A DNA stretch of 64,000 nt from Myxococcales bacterium (GCA_013215605.1 JABSQW010000044.1:5532-69531), one strand, 5' to 3'; positions 54,682-64,000 are shown, counted from the first letter of the stretch. The notes: a model not told the origin generated them from the letters alone. Numbers and translations: made by a program.

Positions 54682-54983
54682 CGGGAGAGCGTGACCCAGC
54701 GGAACGAGCTCGACGATCCCGCAACCCGACCGCCCGTCCCGAGCTCGTAGTTCAGCTCACCGGTGGCCGACGAGGCCCCGATGATCTCCTTGAAGGCTTC
54801 GATCTTCGCCTCGGGGTCCTCTGGGTTGAGCCCGTGGAAGACGATCTCCACGCTCGGCTTCGCGTCGAGCACGTTGAGCACGAGGGTCGCGAGCGTAAAG
54901 AGCTTGCCGATGCCCTCGACGGCCTCTACCGAGAAGCGAGGCACCTCGACATTCGAGAGTTCGAAGCCATATTCGAGTCGCAT
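54678..54983 (-). CDS. hypothetical protein (101 aa)
   Basis: ATG preceded by GGAGG at 9 nt. About 86% G/C at third codon positions by my count, like bona fide genes here. I recognise no family. Its stop shares CTAG with the convergent GT gene. Confidence 0.6.
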   Translation of the reverse strand: MRLEYGFELSNVEVPRFSVEAVEGIGKLFTLATLVLNVLDAKPSVEIVFHGLNPEDPEAKIEAFKEIIGASSATGELNYELGTGGRVAGSSSSFRWVTLSR

Positions 54984-55256
54984 GTTGGAAACCTCCAGTG
55001 AGCCCGCGGACGCTGGCGAGCGCCGGGAGGATGCGCGGGCGACGCAGACTCACCTCGGCAGGCGCACGTGTCAAGCGCTTCCGGGGGACGCTCGCGAGCC
55101 GTCCTACCGAGCGCCGTCCTCTGCCTCGGAAGACAGGGAGGTCGCCGAGCACGGGGCGCAAAGCCCACGCTGAGTTTCGTGGTGCTCGAGGTTCGGATGG
55201 GCGATAACTCCTCCACCCCCCCCCACAGTCGGCGACCGGAGGAATGCACGGCGCAC

Positions 55257-56630
55257 ATGGCCGCGGATCCGAACCCCACGAGATCGTCGAAGTACCGAAC
55301 CGCGCCGGCGGACACGGCGGAGATGCCGAAGGGCGTCCCGTACATCGTCTCGAACGAGGCGGCGGAGCGCTTCAGCTACTACGGCATGCGGACCATTCTC
55401 GTGGTCTTCATGACGACTCATCTGCTCGGGTCGGACGGCGCGCTCGATCCGATGACCGAAGACGACGCGACCGGCTGGTACCACCTCTTCTCCTCCGCCG
55501 TGTACTTCTTTCCCCTGCTCGGCGCGATCCTCTCCGATGCGCTGCTCGGGAAGTACCGGACCATCCTGTGCCTCTCGATGGTCTACTGCCTCGGGCACTT
55601 CGCGCTCGCCCTCGACGAGTCGCGCGTCGGCCTGGCCGCGGGTCTGACGCTCATCGCCATCGGGTCGGGGGGCATCAAGCCGTGCGTGTCGGCGCACGTC
55701 GGCGACCAGTTCGGTCGCTCGAACCAGAATCTGCTCGCGCGCGTCTTCTCGTTCTTCTACTTCTCGATCAACCTCGGCGCCTTCATCTCCCAGTTGCTGA
55801 CCCCCTGGCTGCTTCTCCACTACGGATCGTCGGTGGCCTTCGGGGTGCCCGGAATCCTGATGGCCCTCGCGACACTCGCGTTCTGGATGGGACGGAACAA
55901 GTTCGTGCACATCCCCGCCGCGGGGATGGGATTCGTTCGCGAGGTGTTCAGCAAGGAGGGATTGGGTTCGCTGCTGCGTCTCTTTCCCGTCTACGCGTTC
56001 GTTGCGATGTTCTGGGCGCTGTTCGACCAGACCGGATCGAAGTGGGTCTTCCAGGCCCAGAAGCTGGATTTGAACTTCCTCGGTATCGAGTGGCTGCCGT
56101 CGCAGATGCAGGCGATGAATCCGTTGCTCGTGATGCTGCTGATCCCGCTCTTCACGTACATCGTGTACCCGGCGATCGACCGCATCTTCCCTCTGACACC
56201 GCTGCGAAAGATCTCGATCGGCTTCTTCGTCACGGTTCCCGCCTTCCTCGTACCGGCGTGGATCGAGATGCAGATCAGCGCCGGGGCGACGCCGTCGGTG
56301 GGCTGGCAGCTGCTCGCCTACATCATCCTCACCACGGCTGAGATCTTCGTCTCGATCACCTGCCTCGAGTTCTCCTACACCCAGGCGCCAAATCGCATGA
56401 AGTCGCTCGTGATGTCGCTGTTCCTGATGTCGATTTCGCTGGGCAACCTGTTCACGTCGGGTGTGAACTTCTTCGTCCAGAACCCCGACGGGAGCAGCAA
56501 GCTCGAGGGCGCGGACTACTACCTGTTCTTCGCCGCTGCAATGTTCGCGACAGCCGTGGGCTTCGTCTTCTACGCGAAGCGCTTCAACGAGAAGCGCTAC
56601 ATCCAACACGCCGAGGCGGAAGCCGCCTAG
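55257..56630 (+). CDS. proton-dependent oligopeptide transporter (POT/PTR2 family)
   Basis: ...EAAERFSYYGMRTILVVFM... (PTR2 signature 1), GGIKPCVSAHVGDQF (signature 2) and multiple TM segments. The start is ATG 55257 or ATG 55197. Confidence 0.9.
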   Translation: MAADPNPTRSSKYRTAPADTAEMPKGVPYIVSNEAAERFSYYGMRTILVVFMTTHLLGSDGALDPMTEDDATGWYHLFSSAVYFFPLLGAILSDALLGKYRTILCLSMVYCLGHFALALDESRVGLAAGLTLIAIGSGGIKPCVSAHVGDQFGRSNQNLLARVFSFFYFSINLGAFISQLLTPWLLLHYGSSVAFGVPGILMALATLAFWMGRNKFVHIPAAGMGFVREVFSKEGLGSLLRLFPVYAFVAMFWALFDQTGSKWVFQAQKLDLNFLGIEWLPSQMQAMNPLLVMLLIPLFTYIVYPAIDRIFPLTPLRKISIGFFVTVPAFLVPAWIEMQISAGATPSVGWQLLAYIILTTAEIFVSITCLEFSYTQAPNRMKSLVMSLFLMSISLGNLFTSGVNFFVQNPDGSSKLEGADYYLFFAAAMFATAVGFVFYAKRFNEKRYIQHAEAEAA

Positions 56631-57424
56631 TGGGGCTGTGGAAGGAGGGCGGAGGGGGGGGCTCGTAGTCGGAACAGCGACGCGGGCACCGGCGGGTCGA
56701 GTTCGGGGTTCTGGAGCGTGATCAGGGCGGAGCTGCCGCCCGCGGCGACCTCGATCTCGATGCTGTGAGCGACGACTCCCCCTTCGACCTCTCGGTAGTC
56801 GCGGTACGCGGCGCGCCACTCTCGGGCGCCGTCGGCACGCCGCACCTCGAGCTCGGTGAGCCGTCCCAGGGCGTCGAACGCAACGCGCTCGCGCACGGTT
56901 CCCGCTTCGTCGACGAGTTCGGTCACGATCCCGCCGTCGGGCAGGATTCCCGAGCGCGTCGGAACGAGGGTCCGGTCCAGGGTGGGTGCGCCGAGCAGGA
57001 TCTCGACCGCCTCTTCGGGCGTGAGCGCGAGGTGCGCGACCTCGAAGAGGAGAGCGTCGTGCACCGCTCCGCTCTCGTAGTAGCGGTCGTTGGCGCGAAA
57101 GAACTCGTAGTGGTCGCCGTCGGTCACAAGCACGGCGGCCGTCTGGTCGAGCCAGCCGAGAATCTCGACGCGCAGTCGCCCCGGTCGCTCGACCACCAGG
57201 ATCTGCTTCGCACGCAGGTTGATGCCAGCGGCGTCGGCGTCGACGGCGAGGCGGGCGGTGGCGCGCAGCCCCTCGCGCTTGCGGGCGTGCTCGGTCCACG
57301 CGTCGACGAGGGCACGCGGTCGCGGATCCGAGGGATCGAGGGGGGTCGCCCGGGGCGCGACCGTCTGACAGCCGACGAGAACGATCCCGAACAGCGCGAT
57401 CGCGAGGCGGCCGAGCGACCGCAC
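56627..57424 (-). CDS. LolB-like outer-membrane lipoprotein (DUF4292-like)
   Basis: Lipobox LFGIVLVGCQT, about 265 aa and beta-rich, located next to a TPR lipoprotein as is usual for DUF4292/LolB-like genes. The family call has moderate support. Confidence 0.55.
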   Translation of the reverse strand: MRSLGRLAIALFGIVLVGCQTVAPRATPLDPSDPRPRALVDAWTEHARKREGLRATARLAVDADAAGINLRAKQILVVERPGRLRVEILGWLDQTAAVLVTDGDHYEFFRANDRYYESGAVHDALLFEVAHLALTPEEAVEILLGAPTLDRTLVPTRSGILPDGGIVTELVDEAGTVRERVAFDALGRLTELEVRRADGAREWRAAYRDYREVEGGVVAHSIEIEVAAGGSSALITLQNPELDPPVPASLFRLRAPPSALLPQPH

Positions 57425-57443
57425 GAACGACGTGCGAGTGTCG

Positions 57444-59258
57444 CTAATGGAGTTCGCGCCTCAGCGTCTCGAGCTTCTCGTAGAGATTCGGCTGCTCCGA
57501 GAGCCGCGGATCGAGCCCGACCGCCTCTTCGAACATCTCCACGGCTCGCTCGCGCTCGCCCTTCAACAGGTAGATGTCGCCGAGGTGTTCGGACACGACG
57601 GGATCGCCGCCGGTGAGCTCCTTGGCGCGCTCGAGCTCGCGGAGAGCCTTCTCGATGAGGGGGCGGGCGCTCTCGTCGCTCCCGTTTTCGACCAGGGAGA
57701 GCGCACGCATGTAGTAGACCCAGCCGAGGCTGTCGGTGATGTAGCCGTCGTTCGGTCGCAGCTCGAGGGCGCGCTCGATCATCTCCTGCGCCTCGTCGAG
57801 GTGCTCTCCCTTCTCCGCCCAGGTATATCCCACGTAGTTGAGGGCGCTTGCGTTGTCGGGATTCTCGCGCAAAGCGAGCTGCATGTAGCGGATCGACTCG
57901 TCGCGGCGCTTGGCTTCGCCGTACACGACACCGAGGTTGTAGAGGAGCTCGTCGTCGGTAGGCTGCTTGCTGAGGAGGCCTTCGAGGTGAGCCACGGCGC
58001 CGTCGAAGTCTCCCGCCTTCGCCTGCAGCTGCGCCGAATACAATTCGAGTGCTCGCGACGGACCCGCGTCGCGGGCGCGAGCCACCTCTTCGAGCGCGCG
58101 TGGGTAGTCGCCGCGCCGCTCGTAGATACTGGCGAGCTCGGTGCGGGCGTCGGCGTAGTTCTTGTGCTCCAGGGGAATGCTCTCGAACTCTACGATCGCA
58201 CCCCCTTCGTCACCGCCGCGACGTCGCACGCGTCCGAGGAAGTAGACGACGTCGTACTCGTTGGGGTGCATCGCGAGGAACTTGCGAAAGCGCTCGGCTG
58301 CGCTGTCCCACTCGCGCGCCTCGAACTTGAGGAAGCCGAGCCGCACGACGGAGCGGAGATCGTCCGGGTAGTAGCGCTCGATCTTCTCGAAGGTCTCGAT
58401 GGCGGCCGCGAGGTCATCGCGGCTCATCTGGACTTCGGCGAGGGCGATGAGCGTGAGGTGGTGACGCGGGTGCAGCTCGAGGAGCTGCTCGTACAGCGCG
58501 ATCTCCTCCTCGTAGGCCTTCCGCGCGCGGTACGACCGCGCCAATGCGGTCGAGATGCGCAAGTTGCTCGGATTCGATTCGAGTGTCTCGCGATAGACGG
58601 CTTCCGCTTCGAGATTGCGACCGAGCTTTTGGTAGGCCGTTGCGAGCGCGAGGCTCGCGCGCAGGGACTCGGGATCCTGCGCGAGCATCCATTGCGCGAT
58701 GCTGAGCGCGTGCTCTGGGCGCTCGGATTCGAGCATCACCTGGAACAGCAGAAGCCCGGCGCGCTCGTCGATCGGATCACCCGCTGCATTGGTCAGCACG
58801 CGCTCGGCCGCTGGCAGGTCGCGGCGCATGCGGTGCAGCTGACCGAGGAAGAGCCGTGTGGGAATTTCCTCCGGCTCGATCTCGTGCGCGCGCGTGGCGT
58901 GTTCGAGTGCCTCGTCGAGGCGGTTCTCGCGGGCGAGACCCTCGGCGACCTTGCGATGCAGGTACGCGGATTCGGAATCCTTCGCGACCGCCCGCTCGTA
59001 CGCGGCGAGCGCCGCGTCGCCGTCGCCCTCGCTCTCGTGCTGATGCGCCACGAGCACGTCGTAGGAGGCATCGGCATCGGGACGGATCTCCACGTCCTCG
59101 GCGCCCCCGAAAATGCCCGCCGGGAGCGTGGACGCGCAGCCACCCAGCAGCCAAGCGAGGCACAGCGCGAGAGCGAGGCCCCGCGGCCTCGGCCTCCCCC
59201 GGTTGCCGGCGGAGCGCCTCTTCGCGCCGATCGGCCTAGCCTCAGACGGTCCTACCAC
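57444..59258 (-). CDS. TPR-repeat lipoprotein
   Basis: Lipobox WLLGGCAS and more than 10 TPR-like units (A..Y..AL...P....A...LG..Y). Confidence 0.85.
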   Translation of the reverse strand: MVGPSEARPIGAKRRSAGNRGRPRPRGLALALCLAWLLGGCASTLPAGIFGGAEDVEIRPDADASYDVLVAHQHESEGDGDAALAAYERAVAKDSESAYLHRKVAEGLARENRLDEALEHATRAHEIEPEEIPTRLFLGQLHRMRRDLPAAERVLTNAAGDPIDERAGLLLFQVMLESERPEHALSIAQWMLAQDPESLRASLALATAYQKLGRNLEAEAVYRETLESNPSNLRISTALARSYRARKAYEEEIALYEQLLELHPRHHLTLIALAEVQMSRDDLAAAIETFEKIERYYPDDLRSVVRLGFLKFEAREWDSAAERFRKFLAMHPNEYDVVYFLGRVRRRGGDEGGAIVEFESIPLEHKNYADARTELASIYERRGDYPRALEEVARARDAGPSRALELYSAQLQAKAGDFDGAVAHLEGLLSKQPTDDELLYNLGVVYGEAKRRDESIRYMQLALRENPDNASALNYVGYTWAEKGEHLDEAQEMIERALELRPNDGYITDSLGWVYYMRALSLVENGSDESARPLIEKALRELERAKELTGGDPVVSEHLGDIYLLKGERERAVEMFEEAVGLDPRLSEQPNLYEKLETLRRELH

Positions 59259-59312
59259 ATCAATTCCATCGGCGTGCCCGGTGGCCTCACTTCGGCGTCT
59301 CTCGAGCGCCGT

Positions 59313-59942
59313 TCAGTCGGCCGGAGGGACGTAGCCATTCGCCTCGAGGTAGTCGATCACGGTCTGGACGCTCTCTTCGACCGTCTGGCCGTTCGTGTCA
59401 ACCACGATCTCGGCGTTTTCGGGAGCTTCGTAGGGTGCGGAGATCCCGGTGAAGTCGGAGATCTCACCGGCGCGAGCCTTCTTGTACAGGCCCTTCACGT
59501 CGCGGCTCTCGCAGGTCTCTACGGTGGCATCGACGTGAACCTCGATGAAGTCGCCGTCGTCCATCATCTCTCGGATGGCGTCGCGATCGGCGCGGTACGG
59601 CGAGATGAAGGAGCTGAAGCAGAGGATGCCCGAGTCGGTGAACAGCTTCGCCACCTCGCCGATGCGGCGGATGTTCTCGCTGCGGTCTTCCGGCGAGAAT
59701 CCGAGGTTCTTGTTCAGACCGTGGCGGACGTTGTCGCCATCGAGCACGTAGGCGGCACGCCCGCGGGCGATGAGCACACTCTCTGCCGCCACCGCGACCG
59801 TGCTCTTGCCCGATCCCGACAGACCGGTGAGCCAGACCGTCGCCCCCTTCTGTCCGAGGACCCGCTCGCGGTCAGCGCGGGAGACGGCCCCTTCATGCCA
59901 GGTGATGTTGGTGCTCTTCGACGCCAAGAAACTGGACCCCAC
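59313..59942 (-). CDS. cysC: adenylyl-sulfate kinase
   Basis: [19 protein letters not shown]-loop, [11 protein letters not shown], and FISPY motifs. Confidence 0.95.
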   Translation of the reverse strand: MGSSFLASKSTNITWHEGAVSRADRERVLGQKGATVWLTGLSGSGKSTVAVAAESVLIARGRAAYVLDGDNVRHGLNKNLGFSPEDRSENIRRIGEVAKLFTDSGILCFSSFISPYRADRDAIREMMDDGDFIEVHVDATVETCESRDVKGLYKKARAGEISDFTGISAPYEAPENAEIVVDTNGQTVEESVQTVIDYLEANGYVPPAD

Positions 59943-60059
59943 TGGGAATCTGGGTTGCGCCAGGGGATGCGGGATCGCCCCGGTGATCGATGGTTCCAGA
60001 GTAGCGCGGAGTACTGCTCCCGCAGCGCTCGCGACCGAACGAGCCCCGAAACGCGGGGC

Positions 60060-61226
60060 CTACCGGGCCGCACGCGCCAGCCGAACCTGCTCGATCACGG
60101 CATCCGCGGCGCAATCGATCTCCTCGGCCGTCGTGGAACGCCCGAGTCCAAAGCGCAGTGCGGCGCGCGCCATCGCATCCGAAAGGCCGATCGCCCGCAA
60201 CACGTGGCTGGGTTCGCCTCGGGCGGACGAACACGCCGAGCCCGATGACACGGCCAGCCCGTGAAGCTTCGCGATCAACCCGTCGGCCTCGATACCCGCG
60301 AAGGAGACGTTCAGATTGCCCGGCAGGCAGAACTCGGTGTGGCCGTTTCGAACCACGTCTTCGAGGGCTTTCGAGAGGCGCTCCCACAACCGGTCGCGGA
60401 GGGCGCCCACGCGCGCCGCTTCTTCGGAAAGCTCGGCCACCGCGAGCTCGACCGCCGCGCCGAAGCCCACGATCGTGGCGACGGGGAGGGTGCCGGAGCG
60501 CAGCCCCCCCTCGTGCCCCCCGCCGTGGATCAGCGGCTCGAGGCGCAGTCGGGGGCGCCGTTTCCGCACGTAGAGGGCCCCGACTCCCTTCGGCCCGTAC
60601 AGCTTGTGCGCGCAGAGACTCAGGAGATCGACGCCGAGAGCATCCACGTTCACCGGGATCTTTCCGACCGCCTGGGCGGCGTCGGTGTGGAGGACGACGC
60701 CGCGCTCGCGACACACCTCGCCCACCGCATCGAGGCGCTGCAAGACACCGATCTCGCTGTTCGCAGCCATCACGGAGACGAGGAGAGTTCGTTCGGTGAG
60801 GGCTCCCGCGACTTGATCGCAGTCGACCCGTCCGCTGGCATCGACCGGCAGAACCGTCACCTCGAAGCCCTCGACTTCGAGCTGCCGGCACGCATCGAGC
60901 ACCGCCGGATGCTCCGTCGCGACGGTAACGATGTGGTTCCCGCGCCGGCGATTCGCCCGCGCGAAGCCGATCACGGCGAGGTTGTCGCTCTCGGTGGTCC
61001 CGCTCGTGAAGACGATCTCCGACGGATCGGACGCACCGATCGCATCGGCGATCCGCTCACGCGCAAGCCCCACGGCCGCCTCGGCCCGCCACCCATACAC
61101 GTGTGTCGACGACGACGCGTTGCCAAAGTCCTCAGCAAAGAACGGCAACATCACCTCGACGACCCTCGGATCCACCGGTGTCGTCGCATGATGATCGAGA
61201 TAGATCGGCGGCTTCAAACCCATCAC
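60060..61226 (-). CDS. iscS: cysteine desulfurase (class V aminotransferase, IscS/NifS-like)
   Basis: IYLDHHATTPVDPRV..., SLCAHKLYGPKGVGALY (PLP lysine), and the SSGSACSS active-site Cys loop. Confidence 0.93.
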   Translation of the reverse strand: MMGLKPPIYLDHHATTPVDPRVVEVMLPFFAEDFGNASSSTHVYGWRAEAAVGLARERIADAIGASDPSEIVFTSGTTESDNLAVIGFARANRRRGNHIVTVATEHPAVLDACRQLEVEGFEVTVLPVDASGRVDCDQVAGALTERTLLVSVMAANSEIGVLQRLDAVGEVCRERGVVLHTDAAQAVGKIPVNVDALGVDLLSLCAHKLYGPKGVGALYVRKRRPRLRLEPLIHGGGHEGGLRSGTLPVATIVGFGAAVELAVAELSEEAARVGALRDRLWERLSKALEDVVRNGHTEFCLPGNLNVSFAGIEADGLIAKLHGLAVSSGSACSSARGEPSHVLRAIGLSDAMARAALRFGLGRSTTAEEIDCAADAVIEQVRLARAAR

Positions 61227-61274
61227 CTCACGCCGCTAGCACGCGGATGCTTCCGACCCGCAAGCACGGAGCGC

Positions 61275-61342
61275 GCGCAGCGAGCCGAAGGCGAGCGTAG
61301 AACGGGTCAATCTGGGCTCCGCCCAGATTGGGACCTCGTAAA
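61275..61342 (-). repeat. intergenic repeat element copy abutting the erpA TAG stop
   Basis: Gene-sense strand after TAG reads TTTACGAGGTCCCAATCTGGGCGGAGCCCAGATTGACCCGTTCTACGCTCGCCTTCGGCTCGCTGCGCGCGC. This is the 9-bp hairpin CAATCTGGG/CCCAGATTG followed by the family core. Confidence 0.7.
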
Positions 61343-61675
61343 CTAAGCGGCGAAGGACTCGCCGCACCCGCAGGTGGTGCTCGCGTTGGGATTGACCATC
61401 TTGAAGCCCGATTCGTTGAGCGTGTCGACGAAATCGAGCGTGGTTCCGACGAGGTAGAGAGCGCTCTTCTCGTCAACGATCACGCGAACACCGTTGCGCT
61501 GAATCTCGTTGTCGTTCTCCGAGATCTGGTCGTCGAAGGCGAGCTCGTAGCGCAGCCCGGAGCAGCCACCTCCCACCACTTTGAGGCGCAGGCCGTGGGT
61601 CTCGGTCTTGGATTCCTTCTCGAGCAGCTCGAGGATCCGCTCGGCGGCGATGTCAGTGACTTCGATGAGGGCCAT
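61343..61675 (-). CDS. erpA: iron-sulfur cluster insertion protein (IscA/ErpA, HesB family)
   Basis: 110 aa from ATG 61675. LRLKVVGGGCSGLRY and the C-terminal NPNASTTCGCGESF give the three conserved Cys. The ORF-track extension to 61909 is rejected. Confidence 0.93.
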   Translation of the reverse strand: MALIEVTDIAAERILELLEKESKTETHGLRLKVVGGGCSGLRYELAFDDQISENDNEIQRNGVRVIVDEKSALYLVGTTLDFVDTLNESGFKMVNPNASTTCGCGESFAA

Positions 61676-61770
61676 GGTGTCTCCGCTGGGCGCGCCTCGC
61701 GGCCGCCTGGGGCTCGGTTCGCCCCCGGGGCTCCGCTCGATGAGAGAGGATACGCTCGCACTCCCCCGCG

Positions 61771-62541
61771 TCAACCAAGCGTTTGGGTTTCCCCACACGC
61801 ATCGGACGAACTCCGGCGCAGCCAGAGGAAGATTTCCCGGTTCCCCTTGGGGCCGTGAATCGCACTGTCGACCTGGCCCAGCGGCTCGTAGCCGAGTCCG
61901 GCGGCGCACATTCGAACACGGTCGACCGCTGCCTCGCGCAGGCCGTCATCGCGAACCACGCCACCCTTCCCCACCTGGTCGCGACGCAGCTCGAACTGCG
62001 GCTTCACCATGACGAGGAGCTCGGCGGCCGGGGCTACCTCCGCGAGACGCGGCAGCAAGAGCGTCACGGAGATGAACGACGTGTCGACGGTGACGAACTC
62101 GACGGGGTACGGGAGCTGCGACGCTTCGAGGTGACGCGCATTGACGCGCTCGAGGGCGAAGACGCGCGGGTCCTGGCGCAGCTTCTCGTGGAGCTGACCC
62201 GTGCCGACGTCGAGGGCCACGACGTGGCGCGCGCCGCGTTGGAGCAGACAATCGGTGAAACCGCCGGTCGACGCTCCGACATCGAGGCAGTGGCGATCGG
62301 TACAGTCGACGCCGAGCGCGTCGAGCGCCCCGGCGAGCTTGTCGCCGCCCCGAGATACGAACCTGCGTACCCCGCCCTTGATGCGCAAAGACGCTTCGGA
62401 GCGGATACGCGTACCCGGCTTGTCGACGGGGGTGTCGTCGACCAGGACGCGGCCGGCGCGAATCAACCCCTGCGCGATCGACCGCGACTCCGCGAGGCCT
62501 TCGGCGAGAACGCGCTCGTCGAGTCGCTGGCCCGCGGCCAC
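61771..62541 (-). CDS. tlyA: TlyA family rRNA (cytidine-2'-O)-methyltransferase
   Basis: N-terminal S4 domain (RLDERVLAEGLAESRSIAQGLIRAGRVLVD), FVSRGGDKL, and DVGASTGGFTDCLLQRGA SAM motif. Located downstream of dxs, as in many bacteria. Confidence 0.9.
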   Translation of the reverse strand: MAAGQRLDERVLAEGLAESRSIAQGLIRAGRVLVDDTPVDKPGTRIRSEASLRIKGGVRRFVSRGGDKLAGALDALGVDCTDRHCLDVGASTGGFTDCLLQRGARHVVALDVGTGQLHEKLRQDPRVFALERVNARHLEASQLPYPVEFVTVDTSFISVTLLLPRLAEVAPAAELLVMVKPQFELRRDQVGKGGVVRDDGLREAAVDRVRMCAAGLGYEPLGQVDSAIHGPKGNREIFLWLRRSSSDACGETQTLG

Positions 62542-62556
62542 GTCGGGCTCTCCCTC

Positions 62557-64000
62557 TCAGCCCTTCGCTTCGAGGAGGTCCGTCGCGGCGGCGATGATGC
62601 CGTCGCGGTCGAGCCCGACTTCCGCGCGCTGCTTGCCGGGATCGCCGTGCTCCATGATGCGGTCGGGAATCGCAAGACAGCGCACCGGGACGGCGAGCCT
62701 CGCATCGGCCAAGGCCTCGAGCACCGCGCTGCCAAAGCCGCCCATTCCGCTGTGCTCCTCGACGGTGACGATGGCACCGCAGCGCTTCGCGAGTGCAATG
62801 ATGCGGTCGCGGTCGAGGGGTTTCACGAAGCGCGCGTTGAGCACGGCCACCGAGTGGCCGCGAGACGCCAGTTCGGACGCGGCGTCCATGGTGTCGTGCA
62901 CCCGGTTCCCCAACGCGATCAGCGCAATGTCGTCGCCCTGTCGGAGCAACTCGGATTCGCCGAGGGACAGCGCCTTGATCTCGGGGTCGAGCGGCACGCC
63001 GACACCGTTTCCGCGCGGGAAGCGCAGCGCGGCGGGGCCAGGATACTCGATGGCCGTCGCCAACATGTGCTGAAGCTCGTTCTCGTCCTTCGGCGCCATC
63101 ACCACGACGTTCGGGAGCGTGCGCAGATAGGCGAGATCGAACATGCCCTGGTGCGTCGTGCCGTCGGCCCCCACGAGACCGGCGCGGTCGAGCGCGAACG
63201 TGACATCGAGATTCTGGATGCAGACGTCGTGCACCACCTGATCGTACGCGCGCTGCAGGAACGTCGAGTAGATCGCTGCGACCGGCTTCATCCCCTCGGT
63301 GGCGAGACCCGCCGCGAACGTGACGCCGTGCTGCTCGGCGATGCCGACATCGTAGAAACGGTCGGGAAACACCTTCGCGAAGCGGTCGAGACCCGTGCCG
63401 TCGGCCATGGCGGCCGTGATGCCGATGATGCGCTCGTCTTCTCGGGCGAGGCGGATCAGGGTGTCGGCGAAGACGTTCTGATACTTCGGCGGCCCGGGCT
63501 TCGTCGGCGCGAAATGGCCCGACGCGACGTCGAACTTGCCGACGCCGTGGTAGGTGAACGGATCGTTCTGAGCCGGCTCGTAGCCGAATCCCTTCTCCGT
63601 GATGGCGTGCACGAGCACGGGGCCGTCTCCGTTCGCGAGCATCTCCTTCACGTTCTCGAAGGTCTCGAGCAGCACCTCGACGCGATGCCCCTGGATCGGG
63701 CCGACGTAACGGAAGTTCAGCGCCTCGAAGAGCAGCCCGGGCGAGAAGAAGACCTTCACCGACTCCTCGGCCTTCTGCGCCCAGTGGAGCATGTCGCCGG
63801 GCATCGAGCTCAGAAAGTCCTTCGCGAGCCCCTTCATGCGCCGCACCAGTGGCTTGCTGAACTTCGCGGACAGGTACGAGGACAAGGCGCCCACGTTGGG
63901 TGAGATCGACATCTCGTTGTCGTTCAGCACGACGACGAGGTTGCTCTGCTTCAGGTGGCCGGCGTGATTGAGGGCCTCGAAGGCCATGCCCGCCGTCATG
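62557..64000 (-). CDS. dxs: 1-deoxy-D-xylulose-5-phosphate synthase (N-terminus outside window)
   Basis: ...LNDNEMSISPNVG..., DVGIAEQHGVTFAAGLA and FLQRAYDQVVHD, with C-terminal transketolase-like domains. The ORF runs off the right edge. Confidence 0.95.
   Translation of the reverse strand, partial: MTAGMAFEALNHAGHLKQSNLVVVLNDNEMSISPNVGALSSYLSAKFSKPLVRRMKGLAKDFLSSMPGDMLHWAQKAEESVKVFFSPGLLFEALNFRYVGPIQGHRVEVLLETFENVKEMLANGDGPVLVHAITEKGFGYEPAQNDPFTYHGVGKFDVASGHFAPTKPGPPKYQNVFADTLIRLAREDERIIGITAAMADGTGLDRFAKVFPDRFYDVGIAEQHGVTFAAGLATEGMKPVAAIYSTFLQRAYDQVVHDVCIQNLDVTFALDRAGLVGADGTTHQGMFDLAYLRTLPNVVVMAPKDENELQHMLATAIEYPGPAALRFPRGNGVGVPLDPEIKALSLGESELLRQGDDIALIALGNRVHDTMDAASELASRGHSVAVLNARFVKPLDRDRIIALAKRCGAIVTVEEHSGMGGFGSAVLEALADARLAVPVRCLAIPDRIMEHGDPGKQRAEVGLDRDGIIAAATDLLEAKG

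Noticed and set aside
57432-60248. 938-aa plus-strand ORF (the longest in the track)
   Set aside because: It lies antisense to the TPR lipoprotein and cysC genes, which have clear family signatures. Its sequence is Arg/Gly/Ala/Val/Glu/Leu-rich with no recognisable domains. This is a typical shadow ORF of a high-GC genome.
1-64000. tRNA, rRNA, transposase/integrase, CRISPR-Cas, toxin-antitoxin, restriction-modification or other defence-island genes
   Set aside because: I scanned both strands for T-loop-like GGTTCGAATCC-type motifs and rRNA-like conserved stretches. I also scanned the ORF translations for DDE/tyrosine-recombinase, nuclease/helicase and Cas signatures. None was found, and the window reads as core chromosome.

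Overview
The window is GC-rich by eye (about two-thirds G+C, not computed), densely coding, and looks like the chromosome of a Gram-negative bacterium. About 60 protein genes can be supported and most are housekeeping.

Supported gene groups:
- P450 / TetR / epoxide hydrolase cluster
- mlaA and glpD
- smpB
- WS/DGAT wax-ester synthase
- beta-oxidation trio (acyl-CoA synthetase, 3-hydroxyacyl-CoA dehydrogenase, thiolase)
- sulfatase / CRTAC1-like / sulfatase-like operon behind a large membrane protein
- panBCD
- tsaD-rsmA
- dksA
- tolQRA-tolB-ybgF
- pepA
- a c-type cytochrome
- an RpoH-family sigma factor
- acylphosphatase
- an FHA/DUF4388 protein
- moaB and a moaD-moaE fusion
- bactofilin
- holB-metG-tatD-suhB
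- an ABC/GldG-like/DUF4340 transporter
- a GT4 glycosyltransferase
- a POT transporter
- a LolB-like lipoprotein plus a TPR lipoprotein
- cysC
- iscS/erpA
- tlyA-dxs

The gene content (bactofilin, FHA-DUF4388, a MYXO-CTERM-like tail, CRTAC1-like FG-GAP protein, long RpoH) suggests a Myxococcota or 'deltaproteobacteria'-like lineage. That is inference only.

I found no tRNA, rRNA, CRISPR array, transposase, integrase or recognisable defence genes, and I cannot support a clear novel multi-gene system.

The observations most worth follow-up are:
1. A roughly 390-nt structured leader or sRNA with its own promoter and a strong intrinsic terminator, directly upstream of panBCD.
2. A dispersed intergenic repeat family (core CTTCGCTCGCCTNCGGCTCGCTGCGCG). 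In the six copies or partial copies that lie downstream of a gene, it sits on the gene-sense strand just after a TAG stop codon.
3. A polybasic histone-H1-like repeat protein fused to an EF-Tu-domain-2-like barrel.
4. A tightly coupled sulfatase / FG-GAP-ASPIC / Thr-type sulfatase-like operon.
5. A possible 98-aa secreted mini-protein with a MYXO-CTERM-like tail that conflicts with the start of the neighbouring glycosyltransferase.

Many long ORFs in the six-frame track are GC-driven shadow ORFs or spurious N-terminal extensions. I trimmed or rejected these.
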